The translations under genes and the position numbers were made by a program. Below, one piece after another: positions 13,604 through 28,500 of a DNA stretch of 64,000 nt. This DNA comes from Tubulanus polymorphus. Taxonomy: Eukaryota; Animalia; Nemertea. The stretch spans positions 30,360,299-30,424,298 of the forward strand of contig NC_134025.1 in NCBI RefSeq assembly GCF_964204645.1, given 5' to 3'. The notes below the pieces were generated by a model. It saw only the letters and a program-made list of their open reading frames with translations, searched no databases and was not told the DNA's origin. The stretch's first letter is position 1. The number at the start of each line of letters is the position of its first letter.

Positions 13604-15977
13604 AGCAGTAGGATATTCCTTCATACCCGCGTCATTATTGGGTATTTCAACTTCCTGTCTTTCAGATGTTTTTAATGATTCTAATGATTACTTCAATGAT
13701 ATAAGATACAGACCTGTGTAAATCTGATACTGTAATATCGTAACTCATCTGAGCTGAGACTGTTACTCCTGTCAATAGACAATTCTATTCAGTGTTTTAG
13801 TACAGGACATTGAATATTGATAACACTATTGATACAGAAGCTGCACTCGTAGACTCTGGTATAGCAACGGATCAAGTTCCACAGTTCCAATGTTAAACTT
13901 TACAGCTAAATCAGTACATGTCCAACTTAAAGGCATATTCTAAAACTGTAGAACTGAGTAGTGTTTATAACTGATGGTGTAGTGATAGACAGTGTCACTA
14001 TTATTGATATTGATGCTGCTAGGCACTGTACTGTAGTTGATACTGTTTTTCTAGATACTGTAGTAGTTGATACTGCAAGAGTTGAGATGGTTTTAGGAGT
14101 CGTTCGTGCTAATGTATCTCGATGGAGATGTCCATTTTTTGGATGATGATGATGCTCCATTCTATAGTAGTAATAATGATGATGATGATGACGATGATGA
14201 TAATGGCGATGAGTAGTAGATGTAGAGGGATCTATTTTATAGTTGATGATGTTGTAGTTAGTGATAATGATCTCGTTTGTGTAATGAGTGACAATTGTTT
14301 ATTTGGTGTTGGTGACAATAAAACATGTCTCTCTCCGGATCGACTCGCCTCTAACCCTTATTTCACACGTTCACACTGTCAGTTAAACAACGACTTATTT
14401 CATCGCGACGACGATCACCGATACATTAGACGCTCGCCGGGTGCGAATAAAAAATAAATCCTCGTCTATCGATTATCATACCTTATTTCACGAGTATACG
14501 AACAACTAGTTAGATATTAAAAGCTGAGGACATACTTGAGGAAGCTGACACGACTGTGCCGTCTGCTATACTATTGAATCACCTGATCGATATGTCCTTC
14601 ATTATTAGATGTCACCGAGTTACATCTCTCAGTCTCAGCCGTCCTCTCCTCCTCTCAGTAATAGTAGCTGATAACGTATACCTTATGCCTAAATTATACA
14701 AACAAGATAATTAGCCGTAATTACATTTAATGATGATAGGTCGATAGTGGTTATGGGTAATTGTGTCTGAATCGTGATGGGAAAAATAACTCTAACGTTC
14801 AGATGACTAGCAGGCCAATTGTGCGATACAACGCTGCTGCAGACTGTTAAAACAACACTTGATTATTAACTGACAAATATTAACTGGCGACAAGCACTGA
14901 TGAGTTTATTTGAAGCCACTCCCTCCGCTTGTCAATCAAATGAACAATTTGTACTGATTCGGAGCGGTGGTAACCTGGTATCAGAACAGGTAGTACTGTG
15001 TAGGGCGACTGATTTTATTCGAAATTATGAGCTTCCGTCACTAGCGTGTAGTAGCGCCGTCAGATAAATGAGTGAAGTCTTCTGTTCACTAAACAGTGTC
15101 ACTCTCCCTGTTAATATCATTGTTTCTCAATTGACTTTACTCATTGACCTGATGATACTACTCTATCCACTAGTTGCAGCTTGGAGTTATTCCAAGGTAG
15201 CAGAAGCTCCTAATTTTGAATAGAATCTTTCGGCTTATAGAGTACTACCGGTACCAGTTTTTACGAATAAAAGTTTTCGATGACTTTTGGAGAAACCTTT
15301 TCGTTCGTAAAGAGCGATTGAGGTCATAGCAAGAAAAAACCAGTTCACGGCATCAGAGAATTTGAGAGTCGTTTGATGTAATTCTGTCTAGTGATTTCGC
15401 TGCACTGTGTCTCTCATCTTTAGAAAGGTTTCTTTTCTCTGCGATTGGTCGCAGAAATTCCTACCGAGTCCCATACGTTAGAGAGAACGGAAATTAGATT
15501 TGTTACTGATTGATGTCTGATTAATTGTAAATAGCTACCTATGAGTGTCAGTGAGTGTCAGTGTGGGGTGTATGTTACACTAGTGACAAATACAAGAGAT
15601 GTCGTAATTTGGTATGAAATAAACAAATCTAATATTTTAACGATAAGCAAGGTTATAAGATAAAGGAGCACGAAATACTGAATCCTGTATCCCCAGCAGA
15701 AACAGGTTATCATATCCTTAGAAGAATTTCGGACGTATCTGATATCTTGGAGTAATCATTTGTCAAATGATTACTTCAAGCTGACATGAAATGTATCTTC
15801 CTCTGCACGAACTTCCATTGCAGCCAGCCATGCGTTAGGTTTGGGGTCAGGACGAGCGCCATGGATTCACTGTACTGTCAATTCAGATGAGTTTAGAATG
15901 AATTGTTGACTCTGTGAATGATCGTGACATGCTAAATACTGGTATTAGTGAAGTACTCGTAGCTGTTGTTGAGAATC

Positions 15978-16120
15978 AGGGGAAAGTTGCATGGTCATGG
16001 CTTAGATCTAAGACTAGTCTAAGAGAATCTTAGTTCTATAACCAATCTTAACAACTTGAGACTAATCTTAAGATGAAAAATCACTTTTGGTCTTTGGTCA
16101 GGACTGTGCAACTGGGATGT
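15978..16120. mobile_element. MITE of the CAGGGGCCAGTT / 'ttaagactggtcttaag' family
   Basis: Same ends and internal palindromic motifs as the copy at 52861-52976; other copies near 6910-7080, 19010-19110, 19815-19930, 22400-22570 and 55600-55800. Confidence 0.55.
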
Positions 16121-18039
16121 GGAGATGAAGAATTTCGTCATTGTTTTGTATTGCCACCTGGTTGATATGAAAAAAATCATGAAATAATCAATGTTAGCAT
16201 CTTAACCTGGTGTGGGTCGTGATATTTAATCATTGACTCATCCTTGAGTTTCCGCTGAAGTAGAATGGATGATATATATTCGTTGGTCGTGTATTTGTAT
16301 TCAGTCTTGAGATGAAGAATGAAATAATGCTGATTGGTTTCTGGTAAATATCGTAATTTCGTTGATTGCTCACGGCGGTTTCTGTTTCTATTCTTATACG
16401 GAAACCTTTGAACGAGCAGTGACACTAGTGGTGATGTATATATGCGCATGTATGCATAGAATAGTGAGAGACAGAGAGAGAGAAAGAAAGAGAGTATTGG
16501 GGGTAGGGCAACTAATGGCAGAGAATGATTAAGAAAAAACAAATGACGACCACACGAGATGGGTGGTGTCATTAATGCATAGTAAAGCTAACCTAGTGGG
16601 CATCATTAGACACATATCATTAGTCTGGTTTTGGAGGTTAGACTGATCAAGTGAAACGTAACGCTGAATACAGCAGTAGTCGCATTAGACGACAAAGTTC
16701 AGATTCTGATCAGGAATGACGAGCTTCAGTGTACTGCACCAGATATCCTACCAGATACATTGCATCAGGAAATCTCGATCAAAATTTAGTTTATTTTCAA
16801 TTAAGGCAGGTTTTGATCGGTCTCTACCGATTCTGTTCTACCTATCGAGGAACAGTGTCATCTGATAGAAGCTGCCGGTAGAGAGTTTGCAATCTGGATA
16901 TGCTATTTCTAAACCAGAATATGATTAATGGAAACCTGCCTGCATGAAAAAAATGACAAACAACTCGAGATTGCTCTTTATGGCTCTCAGATATAGCGCG
17001 GTTTATATTCATTCAATTTTATAAAATTATGGATATACACCGTTGCCACCTAGTGGATCATTACTTGCCACGAGTGGAATCCTCGCTTGCCTCACAACAA
17101 CAGAATCCTCATTAAAAAACATTTCCTAGATTTATTTATCTATTCAACTGATGACGTTTTTGTAGCTTATTGACGATAGTTGACGCATCAAATTTCCCCG
17201 ATTCAAAATCCACCTCAATTACCAGAAATCCGTGAAATCCTTTCGGAAAACCTCTACGGGACGTGGCCATGGAATTTATGGTTGTCATCGGCGATGAGTT
17301 TTGTCTAGCAGACGTGATCTGTCAATCTCTCGCGACGCTTCATCGAAAACTGTCGATCAATTTCAACTCGATGAATTCCATCGGTAGTGTGACCACCAAT
17401 TATAAATGTTCAAAGAGTCGTTTGAAATTTTCTGAAATGTTTTATTGATTGCGATGATTCGATGAAATGAATTATCTTTTAAAGAGTTCTGTGTAGAAAC
17501 TGTGAACGTTTTAGATTAATGAATAAATGTGCAAAAAAATCTGGAAAAAATATCAAATGCCATGAGTGAAATTGAATGCGATTTCATGATTCTTATTTGT
17601 CAATTTTCATTTGAAGTGATTGATAGAAATATCAGTTACATTTCACTCGCTTTAATTTCACTTCTTCAATTTTCTAAAGTTGGCATACTTTTATCCAGTC
17701 ACCGAAGTCTAGTTGTTGCTGCGATGCTGGTTTTATTTCATTTATTCAACTAATTAAAGTAGATTTTGTTCTTAATTCTATCAAAAATTTGCAATTCTAA
17801 TTCGATCATCGCGTTGAATTGAGATGTGTTTGAATATGATATTTGTCGCCTCTCGCAGTAGACGCTGTGTCTTATCTCGAACTGGCACGAGACAAGCCAA
17901 GCAAAGAATTCATTTCTGACTTACATGGCATATTAAAAGTGAATTGATGATGCTAGCCATGTTTGCGATCACTTGGGTACAGAAACCTGTAGACCGGTAT
18001 TATTGCTGTATTCCAATTATACATACTCCGGACTGTGTT

Positions 18040-18402
18040 CCAATGATTGTATGCGCCAGTGATTGTACAGTCAGTCCGGACTATGAACCAGTGATTGTAC
18101 AGTCAGTCCAGACTGTGTACGAGTGATTGTACAGTCAGTCCGGACTGTGTACGAGTGATTGTACAGTCAGTCCGGACTATGAACCAGTGATTGTACAGTC
18201 AATCCGGACTGTGTACGAGTGATTGTATAGTCAATCCGGACTGTGTACGAGTGATTGTACAGTCAGTCCGGACTATGAACCAGTGATTGTACAGTCAGTC
18301 CGGACTGTGTACGAGTGATTGTACAGTCAGTCCGGACTGTGTACGAGTGATTGTACAGTCAGTCCGGACTATGAACCAGTGATTGTACAGTCAGTCCGGA
18401 CT
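18040..18402. repeat. Minisatellite, 32-bp unit agtgattgtacagtcagtccggact(atgaacc/gtgtacg), ~11 copies
   Basis: Direct tandem copies with two interspersed variants. Confidence 0.95.
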
Positions 18403-19111
18403 CCACACATCCAAGCCTTACACAGCTCTGATAAACGCTCTTCGAGAAGAAAATTCTGTAGAAATTCAATTACAGTGTATGCTATACAAAAATCATGGTT
18501 GAATAAATCAGTAGGTTTACAATCAGCGCAGGTAGACAGTTGATTGAATTATATGATACTTGTCTGTTGTCACATACACAGGATAAATTGATAGAGATAT
18601 CTACATTCACAGCGGCTTTGTGTATATTTCACAAACCAGCTACATTAGATTTCGTTGTCACTGATTCGTTTAAGCCCCGGTGACTAATTCTAGAATTTTC
18701 GATTGAAGGAAGTCTGAAAACCTCAGGAACGGTAGATCATCAATTGATTCTGTAAGAAAAACAAGGTTGAGTTTAATTCAGAATTCCGCTCGAGGGTTTC
18801 ATCAACCGACGGCTGTTATCTGAATTGTGGATAAGTTTTTAAACGCGTTATTGTTTTTCGTATCTTCTAATTTTATCCTCTGGTTTATTCAGCAGTTAGG
18901 AATGCAGTCAGAAACATTGATTCTTAACTAAACCATCTACAGCTAATCTAACTACTGAACATCTGTCTCATTATTAAGATCGCATCCAGTCCCGGGGTCG
19001 AGGCTTAAATTAATGACCATTCTAATACTTTCTACAGCCAGTCTAATAACTTGAGACCAGTTTTATGATTTAAGATAACTTTCAGACTCAAGTCACGACT
19101 GCAACAAAGTC

Positions 19112-19200
19112 TAGGGGCTAGTCTCGATTACTGAACTGGTCCAGGGGCCAGTCTCGATTACTGACCTGGTCCAGGGGCCAGTCTCGATTACTGACCAGGT
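19112..19200. repeat. Three copies of a 30-bp unit ccaggggccagtctcgattactgacctggt
   Basis: Tandem copies resembling a MITE terminus. Confidence 0.8.
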
Positions 19201-20060
19201 CCCTGATCTTGTTTATCAATATTCATTCTATAAACATAATGATTGAGTTTAAGGGATGGATATGTTTTCATTCAGATTCTGAGAATATATCTAATATCCG
19301 ATCTTTTCAATAAGTCTTCGTTGCGACCGATGGTAGAAATATTTGCTTATTTGTCGACTAAGTTATCAGTTTGAATGTAGAGTGAATTGCTGAATTGCGT
19401 TGTGTGGTATTTGCTGATGAGATTATTGCGAGGACATCTCAGATTTATACATAATTTAGTAGATATCTCGTGGCTAGAGCCATGAATTTCACTGATACTG
19501 CGTAACTCGGATTCCTCAGAGAGTTTCAAACTTGTTTGCTTCGCTATTAAGATCTAGAGAATAATGTCTCTGTCCAGTTACTCAATGATAGATGTCTCCG
19601 AGAAGAGAACAACTCTTACTATAAACTCATTTCTACGTCGATGATTTGTTAGTCTCAGAACTACCCCTCACTGTGTTGCGTATACGAGTGAAATAACAAT
19701 TCACAACTTTCCGGCGAAGATAGAAAAACTTCTCGACAGAACGATACACAGAGGTGTGACAATGAAAAATGGGAAAGATAATCATCATTGGTTCAGTGTC
19801 CTGAAATAAGGCAAGGGGCCTGTTGCACAGTCAAGACATGTTTAAAACCAATCTAAGCCAATCTTAGTTCTAAAACCAATCTAATGACTTTAAGTCAGTC
19901 TTAGGATTTGAGATCACTTTGTGACCGTGTGACTAGGCACACACCCTGACCCACGACTGGACCCACAACCGGACCCAGTTCTAGTTCTACTCATATTCGA
20001 CTGTTTAAGGTTAAAAAATTGGAAATGTCAAAGTCTTTGTCATAGTATAAGTCATCGGAA

Positions 20061-20255
20061 TCTCTCTCTCTCCCCTCTTCCATCTCCCCTCTCTCTCTCT
20101 ACCCTCTCCTCTCTCCCATCTCCCCTCCTCTCTTCTCTCTCCTCTCCTCTCTCCCATCTCCCCTCTCCTCTCCTCTCCTCCCTCTCCTCTCTCCTCTCTC
20201 CTCTCTCCTCTCTCCTCTCTCCCCTCTCCCATCTTCTCTCTTCTCTCTTCTCTCT
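20061..20255. repeat. ~195-bp CT-rich polypyrimidine/polypurine tract
   Basis: Almost exclusively C and T on the plus strand. Confidence 0.95.
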
Positions 20256-23200
20256 GTAGAGTGAATAATGATAGTGTGATACCTGAATAAACTGTGCTGT
20301 TTGTTACTGACAACATGTCACACTCTCTGTGATTATTATCTCATTCTACTTTCATTAATGTCAGAATTTCTTTCATATCGGCGGCAATTATTCAACTGAT
20401 GCGTCTGCCGGAATTCACAGTGTCGCAGCTCGCTGTCAGTTTATTATCAATTCGAAATTCAAAACTTCAGTTTCATAAATCAGTTTTGAAGGCATACGTC
20501 GTTTCTTGCTGTTAAAACTTTTAATTACGCCATAACGATCATAATACTTGAATATGAATTAAACTATCTTCAATTTAAATTTCCTCTAAAAAATGTTCTG
20601 TTCATTTTGATCGTAACCAGTAATTTTTTCAATGAAATCTCTCTAGTTATGAAAGCCGGTTATTGGATATATGATTTAGATGAAGCAACCCCTAGAGTGT
20701 TTTTCGTGACTTTCTGTCATGATTAGACGAGCTGTAAGTAAAGCAGGTTGCGTAGCTCACGGGCAACTTACAATAATCATATACAATACACAGATACGAC
20801 TTCACCGAGCGATACGGCGGGAGTCAGGAATCATCAAATAAACCACAAAATTCCAACACAGGAATCAGTTCCATATTCGGGTCTACAGTTGATTAGAAAT
20901 GAGCGAACTGGTGCAACTGGATCCGTTAAATCAAACCCACACAACTGTGAAACTGGATCCGGAGTCAAATATTAAACCCACACAACTGTGAGTTTACAGT
21001 AAAATCAAATTCATGACTAACATTTTAATATTTTATTTTGCCAAATATTACAACTAAGACAATAGGATAAGATAATAAATTTTACATGGTTTTACAAATC
21101 TGGGCCCTGCTTTATAGAATGGTCCTGAGGGTTAACGCAATCGGAAATGTATTGAGTTAACATCTGGGTTTAAGTTGAAACCAGTCTATAAAACCAGCCA
21201 TAGGTGAAGCCTAGACCAGCTACCTAAATGATAATTATCTGAACAGACACTAACAACGCTACAAAATGGTAACTCTTCACCGATAAGTATTGATTTTCAG
21301 CTTTATGAAAATACCACTATAATTTCACCAAGTATAAGTAACATGAAACGTTCAGCGACAGGTTTGAGGTAGAATGAGAGATAAAATGCGAATATATATG
21401 TTTCATCGATCAGTATCTGATGGTGAAGGAATGACTGATCCGATAGAGAGCGAATTTTTAATAGATGCAAATAAGTGTGGTGTGAATGCTGCGATGTATG
21501 CTGATTTGATGATGCCTCCAGTCACTGAGAACAGTTCTAATGAACTCAATGAATTGACTCTCAACTATTTGTCTGTAGCTCTTGGAATATTCATGATATC
21601 GAATGTAAGAGACAGTTGACAATCATTCGAATTGATCTATACTCTCACAAGAATATCTTTAGATTCGATCTCAGCCACCGCAGTAAGAGAAACTAATCGT
21701 AATTCAACAACCGAACAACACAATACAAACATCGTACAAACAATAATCAACAATCGACTTATTATTTTACTAATTCACATAAAAAGTTTTAACTCGAAAA
21801 AGTTTGAATTGTTGTCCTCGTTGCTGACATACAGCGCTTAAACCAAAAATTGGAGTTAAACTTTTTAATGAAATTGGACCCAGTATTAGATAAAGTATGA
21901 TAGAAGTAGATCCAGCATGGAACTGCATGAGCGCAAAGACTTTAATTGAAATGATGAAGTTCATCTATGATCATACCCGATCGCCCAAACACATCGACAA
22001 CTTGTATCACATCCAGAATGTTTGCTTGGAATTCCAGTTTGGAAACTCAATACTGGATGCAGCTTGCATCAGTGAACTATCTTCATCTATCTTCTTTTAT
22101 TCATCGATGAAACTTGTTTCTCGTTAAAACAATTGAATGTGCTGACATTCAGAAACCTGTGTAAATAACAAACCTTACAAGTCTCATCCTGAAACATTCT
22201 CTGATTTCATCAGTAGCTGAACACGTTATCAGTCACATCTATATTCACACCCTTTCACACTAAATGCATATATCAATTTTTTTAACATTTTGCTCAAAGG
22301 TCACGGGTAAAGTTAATCATTGGATGCCATTATGAAAATGCGTTTTAATTTTCACTATAGTCAGTTAACCATATGGTTACTCTTGAGCAACCGACCCCCG
22401 GGCCCAGTTAGATTTTAGACCATTCTAAAACCATCTTTAGTTATCTTTAGTTCTATACCAAATCTAACTACTAAAGAACACAAGTCTCAGATTATCTTGT
22501 TTCTATAGCCAAGATCAGTTTCAAGATTTAAGACCACTTTTGGACGTAAGTCATGACGTTGGAACTGACCTGGTTTTCAATGAGTTAAAACAACCTTTTA
22601 GTATTTATGGCAGGTTGTTGTGGGTTGTCCGGGTGTTGAGCCCCTCAGGGGGGGTTAGATACTGCACTAGTAGTGACTGACGAGTTCAGAGATACTGAAG
22701 GGATTCAATCAGATCCGATGTATGACCGGATGTCTGTTGTAGTTTGGATTAAACATTGACAAGTAAACACGATCAATCACTGAGTTTTTCGTCCTAATGA
22801 ACACCCATTGGTGTATTTATCTATTTGCATTTCTCCAGATCTCAAACAATAATATCAAAAATATCCATCGTAATAAATGATTGATGGCGACAAAATGAGG
22901 TCTCGCTCGTCCCTTCTGACCAAATCCGCTCATACAGAACATTATCAATACAATCAAACGAACATTACAAACGAAAGCTTATCGACTACGACCACCGACT
23001 GGGGGAGGGGGGTTGAGAAACACTGCCCGAACTAAACCCTCGATCCTTACTGTTACAAGGTTGCGCGAGCACGCGATACCTTTACTCATGCCGTCTTCAT
23101 AGTCACTGACATTTCAAGCCGGGCGTAGGGGTCTCTGTTACTGCCAGCAATGATCGCGTATCAAAGACCTGTCAACCTAGGTACGACTTGTGGCGCTATT

Positions 23201-25344
23201 TTTCAGGGATGATCTCGTTCTAAAGACCCGTTAACTCACGAGCCCTTGCGTCTACCAGCAATACCTCACAACCTTCTTCCCTACATTGCTCTTGTGACTG
23301 CCAGACAGCACTATCATTGACAATCGCATCACCGATGACCTACGCACCTATTAACGACCGTTAGTGACTAGTTGTGTGATAAGTTGACCTACGCCTGCAT
23401 TAACAGTTGAAACAGTCTCACTATGTACACAGTATTAAGGGATTCGTTTGACAGATAATTGCAGTAGATAGATTATAGATATTTAGGTGTGACACGCGGG
23501 TAAACTGTGGGTAAACTGCCGTAATGAAGTGAGTCAATTATTTGATTAACTACGATTTATCAACCATTAACGAACAAAAACAATTAGTATCCCGTGCTGA
23601 TACCGCTGATACCCGTGAACTATCCTGATTGAACATTGTTTGCACTTGTCGACCGTTAAATAATCCGTTAATCAGAGACTATCTCGAACTGCTCTCAACC
23701 CTAACCTTATTGTATACCTCGTTTGAAATGAGAAACCTGCAACCAGAACCTCGCGACATCAGCACGCTCTGCTCTCGATGAAAAACATCTTCAATTAGAA
23801 ACTAGAAATTAACGGATGGATGACGTGTTGTCATTCGGTGCAGATTTAAGGAGATGTATCCGATTACAGCGATGTGAAGGTCGGTCGTGCTAATTCATCG
23901 ATCTAAACTAAAATAAAGTCTCAAATTCCTGTTTATTTTCGTACGTAGATGAAATATGAATGAGGAGAATAATAATTTTTTTCAATGCCGAATTTTGGCT
24001 TCGCGCCAGGTGTTGATTGTCGTTTAACGTTTTGAAGTAAATCATTGACGTGAGCAGTTTCTACTGTATCATAATTTATACTAGAAATAAACTGTTTTAA
24101 TGATGACATGAAAGCATCTGATCATTGAATATCTCTGAATGAGCTGCGGGGGACAATGTCATACACCGGTCGCGTTTGTTACTATCAGTTTTTTCAGCCG
24201 TGTTTGTTGTTTGTTGATAAGTCGAGCAGAAAATTAGATTTTTTTTCGACTGAATTCTTTTCATATCCTTATTAGGAATAAAGGAGATACTACGATTTCT
24301 AACGGCATCTAAAACCGCCTCAGATCACCCAGGGAGGTTTGGGAGTATCGTAATGATCACCTGTTTATTGACTGACTAATTAGTATCGTGCTACAGTATC
24401 CAAATCTATTGAATCAAGAATCCAGTTCTACAGTTGTTGATCAAGCCTTTGAGCAATCATCTCAACATGATTGCTCGTAGAGATCAAGCTTAACTCTTTA
24501 TATAGTTGAATGAGTTAATTTCCTATGTTTAAAACTCTAACATCACGGAGAACCCTTACAACGGGATCCTAATTTCAATCTAATCTGGATAAACATAGAA
24601 TAAATGTATGAAAAATAAGGTTTGATTTCTAATTTGGATGGATTTCATCAGTTCCTGTTTGACACAAACTGTATCTTCAATCTCTTGCACGTATGTGTTG
24701 TTTTGGGTTTTCTTGAAATGAGAAATACAAAAGGGTAAGAAACTCCTAAGATCACATGAGAGTCACATTGATGAAGCTACTGATGATGATCTAAATGTCG
24801 TAGCTATTCAATTTGAGTAATGATGTGTTTGTTTAGGTAGATCCTGCGGTCATCCACATATCAGCCATATCTACATTTCATTTAATAATGCATAGGTATC
24901 AAATACTTAGCTCTGTTTATTACAAAGCTATCAAATCCTGCCCGGTAGATGCTTGAATGTTATATATGAATATAAAGCTTGTTTCTAATCCGGGGGGGAG
25001 GGGAGGGACATCGCTGTCTTTGAGCCAGTGGGGAGAAGAGGGCGTATTGAAGCTCTTTATAAACCATGCAATCAGGATCTGGTTTCATTTCTTTTCTATG
25101 TGCATCGGTTATTTTTCTATGTAACTTAAGAAGAAAAAAAAGGATTTATCTCTATCTTCAGTATGAAACCAGACCTTATTGAATTCTTAATGGATCCAGG
25201 ATCCCAGTTGTGAGTTAGAATTAACTCTAGTTTTGAGATTCAAATCATATCTCAGAACAGTGGAACTGGATCCTGTATATGAAAGCTGACCCCATTGATG
25301 AATCGTTGAGATATGTTCATTTTATTTTATATGTATATTTTCAG

Positions 25345-25519
25345 ACTGTGATAGGTTAATTCAGAGTACGATAAATGGCCCGAAATCAGGAACATTCGAG
25401 TCGCCAGATTGGCCAAAATATCACAATAACATGCATTGTATATATAAATTTGTTGCACTTCCACAAGAACGGGTTCATTTGAGTTTTACTGATTTCCATG
25501 TGAAAGGAATTCCTCCGAG
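25345..25519 (+). CDS. CUB/LDLa/TM gene exon: CUB1 N-half
   Basis: tttcag|AC...CCGAG|gtaagt; DCDRLIQSTINGPKSGTFESPDWPKYHNNMHCIYKFVALPQERVHLSFTDFHVKGIPP. Not in the ORF track. Confidence 0.9.
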
Positions 25520-28500
25520 GTAAGTTAAATAATCTCTTGCATCTACTACTCAAATACTATAGTTTATCCTTGCCACTATCAGTTTCATATTCACTCATTT
25601 GCTATTTTATTGCATCTATTAGAAAACAGAATCCACAGTTCCACAGTTTGACGATACAGTTTATTTTCAAACATCTATTCTATCTTGAAGAGTCAAATTT
25701 CAGAAAGCGCTGTGGAACTTTGGGACCAGGTCCTGCCAGCAGAATACATCTATCGCCACAAAACATTAAAAAAAACATTGCTTTTATCTAAATCTTATTC
25801 CTGGAATTGGTTACAGAAAGCTTTTCCGAAAACACAAAGTATTGATTTCAAGGGTTTGTCTGGATACAAGCTTAATCCACGTTCATCAAATCTAACCATA
25901 CCTGTCGATAACACTATTACCGGTTAGATACCAGTTAGATATCTCATCTGATTCGTCGCTTGTAATTGCTAAGCGAGGTTAAACTGTTTGATATTTCTAA
26001 TAGTTCTGAAATTGTCTATCACGAAACTGCGATGATAATTTTCTCATGTTTCTTTCATTCGCGTCATAAAAATAACGATAAAAATAAAAAGCAAATTCCG
26101 GACGAGTAAATAATACATTACATTCACTCTCAGTATTGTATCGCGTTAGTTTTATAATCGTAAAACGTGATTTGTAACGAAATCACTTTAAATCCTCTCA
26201 TGAAAATATAGGTCGTATTTCATGTTAAATCACCGTAAACGCCTATATAAGTACGAACGCGACTCGTTTTTAAATCGCAATTTAATATCAACTGAATTCA
26301 TATTTCATGAACATCGCATTAAAATTGTTCAAATATTGTATCATAATTATATTAGAATGCGGTTAGAGAGGTTTCAATGATGGATCTGTATCTGTCAACT
26401 GTCAACTGATACAATCTGTTTCAGATCGACTCATCACACACGGAATCTGCCCTCACGTAATTTATTGCGTGTCACTTCTCTTTTCCAATTTTAATCGCAG
26501 ATATTTATTCAGATATACATACCAGGTTGAAATAAACCATTCGTTACTTATAGTAATAGTGCTGAGATTGATATATCTGCCTCATATATGAAGCATTTAG
26601 AACTTAAAAATGAAAATACTCTCCATAAAAATCAAATATAAATGACATTTCGCTGTTTCTGAGCTCGGTTTTCATATGTTTCCAGTTATTCAACTATTGA
26701 CAAAGAATATTTCCTTGTTCTTACAATTGTACAGAGTTGAGAACATGTAACCCGATTGTTAGTTCGGGGGCAGTCCTCGCTCAACGCATTGCTCGAAACT
26801 CTTACAGCCTAAAACACCTCATATATCCATCATATCCTTATCGAGGCTTGCCTCTACGGATGTCCATTTATTTACAAATCAATTGCAAACACGACTAAAA
26901 CTTGATCAATTCCTTGTTCATTTTCTAGAACAACGTTATTCCATTTACCTTGTGTAAACAGTGGGACCGTGCTGGCTGCGTCACTACTCTTCAAACCCGC
27001 AGATATCGCCGTTAATATGATTACATATTCTGACTGTGACATCAATCATTTATTGAGCCCTAGTGTTAGTTTATAAATATGAAAACGTGACGAAACTTTT
27101 AAATATGACTGTGCATTTAATGAAAATCTGACTGGCTGAAATTTATCTGTGTGTCTCAGGGGATGAGGTAGATCACATCTCTTTAATCCCACCGGAACAT
27201 AGGCCTGTATCTTTAGAAAGTGAGGTCTAAGCCGTGATCACATCACTATTTTTGACCTACGCGGAGGACTAATCATTCTCACTGCTGCCCGATGAGTCGG
27301 TGCCTAATAAGTCTAGAAGAAATACAATATCTGCGTAAGATGAATATATGAGAGTAATCCATTAATGATTCTATCGAAGATGAAAAGTTCTTGAATAGAA
27401 ATGTAAATATACATATTTGAGCAATGTTTCAGCTGAATGTTTGAAAACCCGGATCAAAATATTGTGTAAGAAATGCTGATTCTGATGAAAATGATTCACC
27501 TCACTTGCCACAGCATCATTTTTAAGGCAGTTTACTAATCAGTGAGTGAATGCATTCGTTTATCGAGTTTGGGCTAAATGTTGGCCGGGCCAGTTTGACC
27601 TGGGCTAAATCATTTCTGTTTGATCACGGCTTTCATTGCTGTAGTTTTTAACGAGATGAACGTGGTTCCGCGTGATAAACCCTGATATGACCGGAGATGA
27701 ATCTGATCATTCTGTGAGGTCTAATTAACTAATATAGTACTGAATCAAACATCAAACATCAATGACACGTATTCTGTTAATGAATTTGATATTCCGTCAG
27801 TTTGGGATTAATCACGTAAATTTTCATGATAAAATGACCAGTGAATGACCCTCTTCATTCTTTGTATCTCGCTTTGTCGCGATATTTTACCTTTACAGAT
27901 TCTTGCAAGATACAATTTCAAGGTGGGTGTGTCTAAACACGAGTTACATTAGATTGTGCACTTATCCTACACAGAACATACACCACACAACAATAGAACT
28001 GTCTTTTTTACTGAAGTGTTATCACAGAGTGTTTGATATTTAGTTTTAGATGTGGTAGGTGTCTATAGAATGAGCCGGTCACGCAGTACACCGTGTCAGT
28101 ACACTCATTAAAATCCTCCTGAAACTGTTTGATGTTTGCGTTGAAAGCGGTTCAAGAGATTCGTTTGAAAATCTGTTGTCTTTTTTTCTCGACGATTCAT
28201 GACAACTCGTCGTTGCACGCTTTATATCTATAGCGAAGCTTTGGGAATTGATAGAAATATGAAGTATATAGATTTACGACAAAAAACAGCTAAAGTTACC
28301 TGAGTTGTAGGTGAAAGTTTGCTGCATTCTGCGGTATGTTTTTTTTTTTTTCGAAAGAGATGGAGAGAGAGGAAGGTAATTCTATATGGGATATATCGAG
28401 TTTCTAGTCAATGTAATCAAGGAGGTAGAAAGACATTCTTTCTTATTCTGCCAGTAGATGGTTTGATATTGCACTTGAGAATGAGTGAGAGAGAAGCACT

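Noticed and set aside
13927-14457. Several overlapping low-complexity ORFs
   Set aside because: Derived from (GAT)n/(GTA)n simple sequence with no domain or splice support.
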